Shown piece after piece: positions 1 to 12,700 of a stretch of 64,000 nucleotides of DNA. This DNA comes from the human T2T-CHM13v2.0 reference genome, Homo sapiens. The translations under genes and the position numbers were made by a program. Under the pieces are notes generated by a model. The model had not been told where the DNA came from and made no database searches. It saw only the letters and a program-made list of their open reading frames with translations. Each line of letters opens with the position of its first letter. Within the stretch, counting starts at the first letter, position 1. The stretch is taken from assembly GCF_009914755.1 (NCBI RefSeq), contig NC_060933.1. One strand, given 5' to 3'.

Positions 1-3000
1 GGAATGGAATCTTCCGGAATGGAATGGAATGGAATGGAATGGAATGGAACGGAATAAACCCGAGTGCAATGGAATGGAGTGGAATGGAATGGAAATGAAT
101 GGAACGGAACAAACCCGAGTGCAATGGAATGGAGTGGAATGGAATGGAATGGAATTGAACAACCCGAATGGAATGGAATGTAATGGAGAGTAAGGGAGTT
201 GAATAGAATGAATCCGAATGTAATGGAATGGAATGGAACGGAATGGAATTGAATGGAATGGAATGGAATGCAATGGAATGGAATCAACCCGAGTTCAATG
301 GAATGGATAGGAATGGAATGGAATGGAATGGAAACTACCCGAATGGAATGGAATGTAATGGAGTGTAAGGGAATTGAATAGAATCAATCCGAATGTAATG
401 GAATGGAATAGAACGGAATGGAATGGAATGGAATGGAATGGAATGGAATGCAATGGAATGGAATCAAACCGAGTGCAATCGAATGGAATCGAATGGAATG
501 GAATGCAATGGAATGGATTCAACTTGAATGGAATGGAAAGAATGGACTCAACACGAGTGGAAGGGCATGGATTGGAATGCAATGGAATGGAATCAACCCG
601 AGTACAGGGGAATGGAATGGAATGGAATATAATGGAATGGAATCATCCGTAATGGAATGGAAAGGAATGGAATGGAATGGAATGGAATGGAATGGAATGG
701 AATGGAATCAACTCGATTGCAATTGAATGGAATGGAATGGAATTAACCCGAATAGAATGGAATGGAATGGAATGGAATGGAATGGAACGGAAAGGAAGGG
801 AATGGAATGGAATAGAATGGAATGGAATGGAATCAACGCGAGTGCAGGGGAATGGAATGGAATGGAATGCAATGGAATGGAATCTTCCGGAATGGAATGG
901 AATGGAATGGAATGGAATGGAATGGGATCAACCGGAGTGCAATGGAATGGAGTGGAATGGAATGGAATGGAATGGAATAACCCGAATGGAATGGAATGTA
1001 ATGGAGAGTAAGGGAGTTGAATAGAATCAATCCGAATGTAATGGAATGGAATGGAACGGAATGGAATTGAATGGAATGGAATGGAATACAATGGAATGGA
1101 ATCAACCCGAGTTCAATGGAATGGAGAGGAATGCAATGGAATTGAATGGAAACTACCCGAATGGAATGGAATGTAATGGAGTGTAAGGGAATTGAATAGA
1201 ATCAATCCGAATGTAATGGAATGGAATGGAACGGAATGGAATGGAATGGAATGGAATGGAATGGAATGGAATGCAATGGAATGGATTCAACTTGAATGGA
1301 ATGGAAAGAATGGAATCAACACGAGTGGAATGGCATGGATTGGAATGGAATGGAATGGAATCAACCCGAGTACAGGGGAATGGAATGGAATGGAATGCAA
1401 TGGAATGGAATCATCCGTAATGGAATGGAAAGGAATAGAATGGAATGGAATGGAATGGAATCAACTCGATTGCAATCGAATGGAATGGAATGGAATTAAC
1501 CCGAATAGAATGGAATTGAATGGAATGGAACGGAACGGAATGGAATGGAATGGAATGGAATGGAATGGAATGGAATCAACGCGAGTGTAGGGCAATTGAA
1601 TGGAATGGAATGTAATGGAATGGAATCTTCCGGAATGGAATGGAATGGAATGGAATGGAATGGAATGGAATCAACTCGATTGCAATCGAATCGAATGGAA
1701 TGGAATTAACCCGAATAGAATGGAATGGAATGGAATGGAACGGAACGTAATGGAATGGAATGGAATAGAATGGAATGGAATGGAATGGAACGGAACGGAA
1801 TGGAATGGAATGGAATGGAATCAACGCGAGTGCATGCGAATGGAATGGAATGGAATGCAATGGAATGGAATCTTCCGAAATGGAATGGAATGGAATGGAA
1901 TGGAATGAAATGCAATGGGTTCAACTCGATTGCAATGGAATGGAACAGAATGGAATGGAATGGAATGGAATGGAATTAATTCGAATAGAATGGAATGGAA
2001 TGGAATGGAACGGAATGAAACGGAATGGAATGTAATGGAATGGAATTGTATGGAACGGAATGGAATGGTACGGAATAGAATGGAATGGAAAGAATTGTAA
2101 TGGAATGGAATTGAATGGAATGGAATGGAATGGAATGGAATGGAATCAACGCGAGTGCAGGGGAATGTAATGGAACGGAATGCAATGGAATGGAATCATC
2201 CGCAATGGAATGGAATGGAATGGAATGGAATGGAATGGAATGGAATGGAATCAACCCGAGTGCAATGGAATGGAGTGGAATGGAATGGAATGGAACAACC
2301 CGAATGGAATGGAATGTAGCGGAGAGTAAGGGAGTAGAATAGAATCAATCCGAATGTAATGGAATGGAATGCAACGGAATGGAATGGAATGGAATGGAAT
2401 GGAATGCAATGGAATTGAATCAACCCGAGTACAATGGAATGGAATGGAATGGAATGGAATGGAATGGAAGGGAATGGAATGGAATGGAATGATACGGAAC
2501 AGAATGGAATGGAACGAAATGGAATGGAATGGAATGGAATGCAATGGAATGGAATGGAATGGAATGGAATGGAATGGAATCGTTCCGAGTGGAATAGGAG
2601 GGAAAGTATTCGAGTGGAATGGAAAGGAATGGAATCAACCAGAATGGAATGGAAGGGAATGGAATGGAATGGATACTAATAGAATGGAATCAACCCGAGA
2701 GGAATGGAATGGAAAGGACTGGAATGGAATGGAATGGAATGGAATCAACTCGATTGTAATGGAATGGAATGGAATGAAATGGAATGGAATGGAATTAACC
2801 CGAATACAATGCAATGGAATGGAATGGAACGGAATGGAGTGGAATGGAATGGAATCAACCCGAGTGCAGGGGAATGGAATGGAATGGAATGCAATGGAAT
2901 GGAATCATCCGGAATGGAATGGAATGGAATGGAATGCAAAGCAATGGAATCAACTCGATTGCAATGGAATGGAATGGAATGGAAAGGAATACATTGGAAT

Positions 3001-5199
3001 CAACCCGAGTGGAATGGAATGGAAAGGACTGGAATGGAGTGGAATGGAATGGAATGGAATGGAATGGAATGGAATGGAATCAACTCGATTGGAATGGAAT
3101 GGAATGGAATGGAATGGAATGGAATGGAATTAACCCGAATAGAATGGAATGGAATGGAATGGAACGGAAAGGAACAGAATGGAATGGAATGGAATGGAAT
3201 GGAATGGAATGGAATGGAAACAACCCGACTGCAGGGGAATGGAATGGAATGGAATGCAAAGGAATGGATTCAACTTGAATGGAATGGAAAGAATGGAATC
3301 AACACGAGTGGAATGGCATGGATTGGAATGGAATGGAATGGAATCTACCCGAGTACAGGGGAATGGAATGGAATGGAATGCAATGGAATGGAATGGAATG
3401 GAATGGAATGGAATCAACTCGATTGCAATCGAATGGAATGGAATGGAATTAACCCGAATAGAATGGAATGGAATGGAATGGAACGGAACGGAACGGAATG
3501 AAATGGATTTGAATGGAATGGAATGGAATGGAATGGAACGGAAAGGAATGGAATGGAATGGAATGGAATGGAATGGAATGGAATGGAATGGAATCAACGC
3601 GAGTGCAGGGGAATGGAATGGAATGGAATGCAATGGAATGGAATCTTCCGGAATGGAATGGAATGGAATGGAATGGAATGGAACGGAATAAACCCGAGTG
3701 CAATGGAATGGAGTGGAATGGAATGGAAATGAATGGAACGGAACAAACCCGAGTGCAATGGAATGGAGTGGAATGGAATGGAATGGAATTGAACAACCCG
3801 AATGGAATGGAATGTAATGGAGAGTAAGGGAGTTGAATAGAATGAATCCGAATGTAATGGAATGGAATGGAACGGAATGGAATTGAATGGAATGGAATGG
3901 AATGCAATGGAATGGAATCAACCCGAGTTCAATGGAATGGATAGGAATGGAATGGAATGGAATGGAAACTACCCGAATGGAATGGAATGTAATGGAGTGT
4001 AAGGGAATTGAATAGAATCAATCCGAATGTAATGGAATGGAATAGAACGGAATGGAATGGAATGGAATGGAATGGAATGGAATGCAATGGAATGGAATCA
4101 AACCGAGTGCAATCGAATGGAATCGAATGGAATGGAATGCAATGGAATGGATTCAACTTGAATGGAATGGAAAGAATGGACTCAACACGAGTGGAAGGGC
4201 ATGGATTGGAATGCAATGGAATGGAATCAACCCGAGTACAGGGGAATGGAATGGAATGGAATATAATGGAATGGAATCATCCGTAATGGAATGGAAAGGA
4301 ATGGAATGGAATGGAATGGAATGGAATGGAATGGAATGGAATCAACTCGATTGCAATTGAATGGAATGGAATGGAATTAACCCGAATAGAATGGAATGGA
4401 ATGGAATGGAATGGAATGGAACGGAAAGGAAGGGAATGGAATGGAATAGAATGGAATGGAATGGAATCAACGCGAGTGCAGGGGAATGGAATGGAATGGA
4501 ATGCAATGGAATGGAATCTTCCGGAATGGAATGGAATGGAATGGAATGGAATGGAATGGGATCAACCGGAGTGCAATGGAATGGAGTGGAATGGAATGGA
4601 ATGGAATGGAATAACCCGAATGGAATGGAATGTAATGGAGAGTAAGGGAGTTGAATAGAATCAATCCGAATGTAATGGAATGGAATGGAACGGAATGGAA
4701 TTGAATGGAATGGAATGGAATACAATGGAATGGAATCAACCCGAGTTCAATGGAATGGAGAGGAATGCAATGGAATTGAATGGAAACTACCCGAATGGAA
4801 TGGAATGTAATGGAGTGTAAGGGAATTGAATAGAATCAATCCGAATGTAATGGAATGGAATGGAACGGAATGGAATGGAATGGAATGGAATGGAATGGAA
4901 TGGAATGCAATGGAATGGATTCAACTTGAATGGAATGGAAAGAATGGAATCAACACGAGTGGAATGGCATGGATTGGAATGGAATGGAATGGAATCAACC
5001 CGAGTACAGGGGAATGGAATGGAATGGAATGCAATGGAATGGAATCATCCGTAATGGAATGGAAAGGAATAGAATGGAATGGAATGGAATGGAATCAACT
5101 CGATTGCAATCGAATGGAATGGAATGGAATTAACCCGAATAGAATGGAATTGAATGGAATGGAACGGAACGGAATGGAATGGAATGGAATGGAATGGAA
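1..5199 (+). repeat. Higher-order duplication with 3634-bp period: 1-1565 is repeated at 3635-5199
   Basis: Identical ORF translations at a constant 3634 offset (295/3929, 374/4008, 677/4311, 833/4467, 1226/4860, 1296/4930). The private motif GGAAATGAATGGAACGGAACAAACCCGAG is at 91 and 3725. The match ends at 1566 (T) vs 5200 (C). Confidence 0.93.
6..20. promoter_or_regulatory. Perfect three-unit heat shock element motif (gGAAt-cTTCc-gGAAt); representative of ~41 copies in the window
   Basis: Matches the HSF consensus nGAAnnTTCnnGAAn. Other starts read by eye: 879, 1622, 3640, 4513, 7073, 9146, 11607, 12314, 13347, 14180, 16453, 20175, 21602, 23864, 24044, 25347, 27155, 28013, 29759, 31216, 32548, 32817, 34015, 34938, 36380, 37323, 38760, 39693, 41135, 41359, 46057, 47149, 51346, 51606, 53743, 55067, 59333, 60641, 61366, 63293. 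The motif match is direct; function is inferred. Confidence 0.6.
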
Positions 5200-6611
5200 C
5201 GGAAAGGAAGGGAATGGAATGGAATAGAATGGAATGGAATGGAATCAACGCGAGTGCAGGGGAATGGAATGGAATGGAATGCAATGGAATGGAATCATCC
5301 GTAATGGAATGGAAAGGAATGGAATGGAATGGAATGGAATGGAATGGAATGGAATCAACTCGTTTGCAATCGAATGGAATGGAATGCAATTAACCCGAAT
5401 AGAATGGAATGGAATGGAATGGAATGGAACGGAACGGAATGGAACGGAACGGAGTGCAATGGAATGGAATGGAATTGTATGGAATGGAATGGCATGGTAC
5501 GGAATAGAATGGAATGGAAAGAATTGGAATGGAATGCAATCGAATGGAATGGAATGGAATGGAATGGAATCAACCCGAGTGCAGGGGAATGTAATGGAAA
5601 GGAATGAAATGGAATGGAATCATCCGGAATGGAATGGAATGGAATGGAATGGAATGGAATGGAATGGAATGGAATGGAATCAACCCGAGTGCAATGGAAT
5701 GGAGTGGAATGGAATGGAATGGAATGGAACAACCCGAATGGAATGGAATGTAATGGAGAGTAAGGGAGTTCAATAGAATCAATCCGAATGTAATGGAATG
5801 GAACGGAATGGAATGGAATGGAATGGAATGGAATGCAATGGAATGGAATCAACCCGAGTACAATGGAAAGGAATGGAATGGAATGCAATGGAATGGAATG
5901 GAATGGAATGGAATGGAATGGAATGGAATCAACCCGAGTGCAATGGAATGGAGAGGAATGGAATGGAATGGAATGGAAACTACCCGAATGGAATGGAATG
6001 TAATGGAGCGTAAGGGAATTGAATAGAATCAATCCGAATGGAATGGAATGGAATGGAACGGAATGTAATGGAATGGAATGGAATGGAATCAACCCGAGTG
6101 CAGACGAATGGAATGGAATGGAATGCAATGGAATGGAATCATCCGGAATGGAATGGAATGGAATGCAATGGAGTGGAATGGAATGGAATCAACCCGAGTG
6201 CAATGGAATGGAGTGAAATGGAATGGAATGGAATGGAAACAACCAGAATGGATTGGAATATAATGGACTGTAAGGGAATTGAATAGAATCAATCTGAATG
6301 TAATGAAATGGAATGGAACGGAATGGAATGGAATGGAATGGAATGGAATGGAATGCAATGTAATGGAATCAACCCGAGTGCAATCGAATGGAATCGAATG
6401 GAATGGAATGCAATGGAATGGATTCAACTTGAATGGAACGGAAAGAATGGAATCAACACGAGTGGAATGGCATGGATTGGAATGGAATGGAATGGAATCA
6501 ACCCGAGTACAGGGGAATGGAATGGAATGGAATGCAATAGAATGGAATCATCAGTAATGGAATGGAAAGGAATGGAAAGGACTGGAATGGAATGTAATGT
6601 AATGGAATGGA

Positions 6612-6691
6612 ATGGAATCAACTCGATTGCAATCGAATGGAATGGAATGGAATGGAATCAACTCGATTGCAATCGAATGGAATGGAATGGA
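6612..6691 (+). repeat. 40-bp local tandem duplication of the CAACTCGATTGCAATCGAAT word
   Basis: TCGATTGCAATCGA occurs at 6623 and again at 6663 with identical flanks. Confidence 0.8.
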
Positions 6692-8139
6692 ATTAACCCG
6701 AATAGAATGGAATGGAATGGAATGGAACGGAACGGAATGGAATGGAATGGAACGGAACGGAATGGAATGGAACGGAAAGGAATGGAATGGAATGGAATGG
6801 AATGGAATGGAATGGAATGGAATGGAATCAACGCGAGTGCAGGGGAATGGAATGGAATCGAATGGAATGGAAAGGAATGGAATGGAATCAACCCGATTGC
6901 AGGGGAATGTAATGGAACGGAATGCAATGGAATGGAATCATCCGGAATGGAATGGAATGGAATCAACCCGAGTGCAATGGAATGGAGTGGAATGGAATGG
7001 AATGGAATGGAACAACCCGAGTACAATGGAATGGAATGGAATGGAATGGAATGGAATGGAATGCAATGGAATGGAATCTTCCGGAATGGAATGGAAAGGA
7101 ATGGAATGGAATGGAATGGAATTCAATGGATTCAACTCGATTGCAATGGAATGGAATAGAATGGAATGGAATGGAATGGAATGGAATGGAATTAAACCGA
7201 ATAGAATGGAATGGAACGGAACAGAACGGAACGGAACGGAACGGAGTGGAATGGAATGGAATGGAATTGTATGGAATGGAATGGAATGGTACGGAATAGA
7301 ATGGAATGGAAAGAATTGTAATGGAATGGAATGGAATGGAATGGAATGGAATCAACCCGAGTGCAGGGGAATGTAATGGAACGGAATGCAATGGAATGGA
7401 ATCATCCGGAATGGAATGGAATGGAATGGAATGGAATGGAATGGAATGGAATGGAATCAACCCGAGTGCAATGGAATGGAGTGGAATGGAATGGAATGGA
7501 ATGGAACAACCCGAATGGAATGGAATGTAATGGAGAGTAAGGGAGTTGAATAGAATCAATCCGAATGTAATGGAATGGAACGGAATGGAATGGAATGGAA
7601 TGGAATGGAATGGAATGGAATGGAATGCAATGGAATGGAATTAACCCGAGTACAATGGAACGGAATGGAATGGAATGTAATGGAATGTAATGGAATGGAA
7701 TGGAATGGAATGGAATGGAATGGAATGGAGTCAACCCGAGTGCAATGGAATGGAGAGGAATGGAATGGAATGGAATGCAATGGAATGGAATCATCCGGAA
7801 TGGAATGTAATGGAATGGAATGCAAAGCAATGGAATCAACTCGATTGCAATGGAATGGAATGAAATGGAATGGAAAGGAATACATTGGAATCAACCCGAG
7901 TGGAATGGAATGGAAAGGACTGGAATGGAGTGGAATGGAATGGAATGGAATGGAATGGAATCAACTCTATTGGAATGGAATGGAATGGAATGGAATGGAA
8001 TGGAATGGAATTAACCCGAATAGAATGGAATGGAATGGAATGGAATGGAACGGAATGGAATGGAATGGAATGGAATGGAAGGGAATGGAATGGAATGGAA
8101 ACAACCCGACTGCAGGGGAATGGAATGGAATGGAATGGA

Positions 8140-8650
8140 ATGGAATGATACGGAATAGAATGGAATGGAACGAAATGGAATGGAATGGAATGGAATGGAA
8201 TGGATTGGAATGGAATGGAATCGTTCCGAGTGGAATAGGAGGGAATGTATTCGAGTGGAATGGAAAGGAATGGAATCAACCAGAGTGGAATGGAAGGGAA
8301 TGGAATGGAATGGAAACTAATAGAATGGAATCAACCCGAGTGGAATGGAATGGAAAGGACTGGAATGGAATGGAATGGAATGGAATCAACTCGATTGTAA
8401 TGGAATGGAATGGAATGGAATGGAATGGAATCAACCCGAGTACAATGGAATGGAATGGAATGGAATGGAATGGAATGGAATGGAATGGAATGGAATGATA
8501 CGGAATAGAATGGAATGGAACGAAAGGGAATGGAATGGAAGGGAATGGAATGGAATGGAATGGAAAGGAATGGAATGGAATCGTTCCGAGTGGAATAGGA
8601 GGGAATGTATTCGAGTGGAATGGAAAGGAATGGAATCAACCAGAGTGGAA
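8140..8650 (+). repeat. Local re-use of the GATACGG...CGTTCCGAGTGGAATAGGAGGG...CAACCAGAGT module at ~360-bp spacing
   Basis: CGTTCCGAGTGGAATAGGAGGGAATGTATTCGAGT is at 8222 and 8582, each preceded by GATACGGAATAGAATGGAATGGAACGAAA. Confidence 0.75.
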
Positions 8651-9551
8651 TGGAATGGAATGGAATGGAATGGAATGGAATGGAATGCAATGGAATGGAA
8701 TCAAACCGAGTGCAATCGAATGGAATCGAATGGAATGGAATGCAGTGGAATGGATTCAACTTGAATGGAATGGAAAGAATGGAATCAACACGAGTGGAAT
8801 GGCATGGATTGGAATGGAATGGAATGGAATCAACCCGAGTACAGGGGAATGGAATGGAATGGAATGCAATGGAATGGAATCATCCGTAATGGAATGGAAA
8901 GGAATGGAATGGAATGGAATGGAATGGAATGGAATGGAATCAACTCGATTGCAATCGAATGGAATGGAATGGAATTAACCCGAATAGAATGGAATGGAAT
9001 GGAATGGAACGGAACGGAATGGAATGGAATGGAATGGAATGGAATGGAATGGAACGGAAAGGAAGGGAATGGAATGGAATAGAATGGAATGGAATGGAAT
9101 CAACGCGAGTGCAGGGGAATGGAATGGAATGGAATGCAATGGAATGGAATCTTCCGGAATGGAATGGAATGGAATGGAATGGAATGGAATAAACCCGAGT
9201 ACAATGGAATGGAGTGGAATGGAATGGAATGGAATGGAACAACCCGAATGGAATGGAATGTAATGGAGAGTAAGGGAGTTGAATAGAATCAATCCGAATG
9301 TAATGGAATGGAATGGAACGGAATGGAATTGAATGGAATGGAATGGAATGCAATGGAATGGAATCAACCCGAGTGCAATGGAATGGAGACGAATGGAATG
9401 GAATGGAATGGAAACTACCCGAATGGAATGGAATGTAATGGAGTGTAAGGCAATTGAATAGAATCAATCCGAATGTAATGGAATGGAATGGAACGGAATG
9501 GAATGGAATGGAATGGAATGGAATGGAATGGAATGGAATGCAATGGAATGG

Positions 9552-9706
9552 AATCAACCCGAGTGCAATCGAATGGAATCGAATGGAATGGAATGCAATG
9601 GAATGGATTCAACTTGAATGGAATGGAAAGAATGGAATCAACACGAGTGGAACGGCATGGATTGGAATGGAATGGAATGGAATCAACCCGAGTACAGGGG
9701 AATGGA
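9552..9706 (+). repeat. Representative ~155-bp SatIII module resembling the chromosome 9 pHuR98-type sequence
   Basis: Seen: AATCAACCCGAGTGCAATCGAATGGAATCG...GGATTCAACTTGAAT...GGAAAGAAT...CAACACGAGT...GGCATGGATT...CAACCCGAGTACAGGGG, recurring with variants many times (e.g. near 6367, 17617, 27541, 34421, 49068, 53280). The resemblance to chr9 SatIII primer/clone sequence is from memory and unverified. Confidence 0.55.
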
Positions 9707-12700
9707 ATGGAATGGAATGCAATGGAATGGAATCATCCGTAATGGAATGGAAAGGAATGGAATGGAATGGAATGGAATGGAATGGAATGGAATCAACTCG
9801 ATTGCAATCGAATGGAATGGCATGGAATTAACCCGAATAGAATGGAATGGAATGGAACGGAACGGAATGGAATGGAATGGAATGGAACGGAACGGAATGT
9901 AATGGAATGGAATGGAATGGAATCAACGCGAGTGCAGGGGAATGGAATGGAATGGAATGCAATGGAATGCAAACTTCCGGAATGGAATGGAATGGAATGG
10001 AATGAAATGCAATGGATTCAACTCGATTGCAATGGAATGGAATAGAATGGAATGGAATGGAATGGAATGGAATTAATCCGAATAGAATGGAATGGTATGG
10101 AATGGAATGGAAAGGTACGGAATAGAATGGAATGGAACGAATTGTAATGGAATGGAATTGAATGGAATGGAATGGAATGGAATGGAATCAACACGAGTGC
10201 AGGGGAATGTAATGAAACGGAATGCAATGGAATGGAATCATGCGGAATGGAATGGAATGGAATGGAATGGAATGGAATGAAATGGAATGGAATCAACCCG
10301 AGTGCAATGGAATGGAGTGGAATGGAATGGAATGGAATGGAACAACCCGAATGGAATGGAATGGAATGTAGAGTAAGGGAGTTGAAGAGAATCAATCCGA
10401 ATGTAATGGAATGGAATGCAACGGAATGGAATGGAATGGAATGGAATGGAATGCAATGGAATGGAATCAACCCGAGTACAATGGAATGGAATGGAATGGA
10501 ATGGAATGGAATGGAATGGAATGGAATGGAATAGAATGATACGGAATAGAATGGAATGGAACGAAATGGAATGGAATGGAATGGAATCGTTCTGAGTGGA
10601 ATAGGAGGGAATGTATTCGAGTGGAATGGAAAGGAATGGAATCAACCAGAGTGGAATGGAAGGGAATGGAATGGAATGGAAACTAATAGAATGGAATCAA
10701 CCCGAGTGGAATGGAATGGAAAGGACTGGAATGGAATGGAATGGAATGGAATCAACTCGATTGTAATGGATTGGAATGGAATGGAATGGAATGGAATTAA
10801 CCCGAATACAATGGAATGGATTGGAATGGAATGGAATGGAGTGGAATGGAATGGAATCAACCCGAGTGCAGGGGAATGGAATGGAATGGAATGCAATGGA
10901 ATGGAATCATCCGGAATGGAATGGAATGGAATGGAATGCAAAGCAATGGAATCAACTCGATTGCAATGGAATGGAATGGAATGGAAAGGAATACATTGGA
11001 ATCAACCCGAGTGGAATGGAATGGAAAGGACTGGAATGGAGTGGAATGGAATGGAATGGAATGGAATGGAATTGAATGGAATCAACTTGATTGAAATGGA
11101 ATGGAATGGAATGGAATGGAATGGAATGGAATCAACCCGACTGCAGGGGAATGGAATGGAATGGAATGCAATGGAATGGATTCAACTTGATTGGAATGGA
11201 AAGAATGGAATCAACACGAGTGGAATGGCATGGATTGGAATGGAATGGAATGGAATCAACCCGAGTACAGGGGAATGGAATGGAATGGAATGCAATGGAA
11301 TGGAATCATCCGTAATGGAATGGAAAGGAAAGGAATGGAATGGAATGGAATGGAATGGAATGGAATGGAATGGAATGGAATCAACTCGATTGCAATCGAA
11401 TGGAATGGAATGGAATTAACCCGAATAGAATGGAATGGAATGGAATGGAACGGAACGGAACGGAACGGAATGGAATGGAATGGAATGGAATGGAATGGAA
11501 TGGAACGGAACGGAAAGGAAGGGAATGGAATGGAATGGAATGGAATGGAATGGAATGGAATCAACGCGAGTGCAGGGGAATGGAATGGAATGGAATGCAA
11601 TGGAATGGAATCTTCCGGAATGGAATGGAATTGAATGGAATGGAATGGAATGGAATGGAATAAACCCGAGTGCAATGGAATGGAGTGGAATGGAATGGAA
11701 TGGAATGGAACAACCCGAATGGAATGGAATGTAATGGAGACTAAGGGAGTTGAATAGAATCAATCCGAATGTAATGGAATGGAATGGAACGGAATGGAAT
11801 TGAATGGAATGGAATGGGATGCAATGGAATGGAATCAACCCGAGTACAATGGAATGGAATGGAATGGAATGGAATGGAATGGAATGGAATCAACCCGAGT
11901 GCAATGGAATGGAGTGGAATGGAATGGAATGGAATGGAACAACCCGAATGGAATGGAATGTAATGGAGAGTAAGGGAGTTGAATAGAATCAATCCGAATG
12001 TAATGGAATGGAATGGAATTGAATGGAATGGAATGGAATGCAATGGAATGGAATCAACCCGAGTGCAATGGAATGGAGTGGAATGGAATGGAATGCAATG
12101 GAACAACCCGAATGGAATGGAATGTAATGGAGAGTAAGGGAGTTGAAAAGAATCAATCCGAATGGAATGGAATGGAATGGAACGGAACAGAATGGAATGG
12201 AATGGAATGGAATGGAATGGAATGGAATGGAATGCAATGGAATGGAATCAACCCGAGTACAATGGAATGGAATGGAATGGAATGGAATGGAATGGAATGG
12301 AATGCAATGGAATGGAATCTTCCGGAATGGAATGGAATGGAATGGAATGGAATGGAATGGAATGCAATGGATTCAACTCGATTGCAATGGAATGGAATAG
12401 AATGGAATGGAATGGAATGGAATGGAATGGAATTAAACGGAATAGAATGGAATGGAATGGAATGGAACGGAACAGAACGTAACGGAACGGAACGGAGTGG
12501 AATGGAATGGAATGGAATTGTATGGAATGGAATGGAATGGTACGGAATAGAATGGAATGGAAAGAATTGGAATGGAATGGAATGGAATGGAATGGAATGG
12601 AATGGAATGGAATCAACCCGAGTGCAGGGGAATGTAATGGAACGGAATGCAATGGAATGGAATCATCCGGAATGGAATGGAATGGAATGGAATGGAATGG

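Noticed and set aside
845-860. G-quadruplex potential at CAGGGG words
   Set aside because: Runs of three or more G are isolated and usually far apart, with no four clustered G3 tracts; GG-only tracts are weak evidence.
1019-1030. GAATAGAATCA as a DUX4-like site
   Set aside because: It has at least two mismatches to the TAAYYBAATCA-type consensus, and similarity is expected by chance in AAT-rich satellite.
1-5199. Identification as Y-chromosome DYZ1 because of the ~3.6-kb period
   Set aside because: The period is local and not maintained over the remaining ~59 kb, whereas DYZ1 is a long regular array. Similar length alone is not evidence; alignment is needed.
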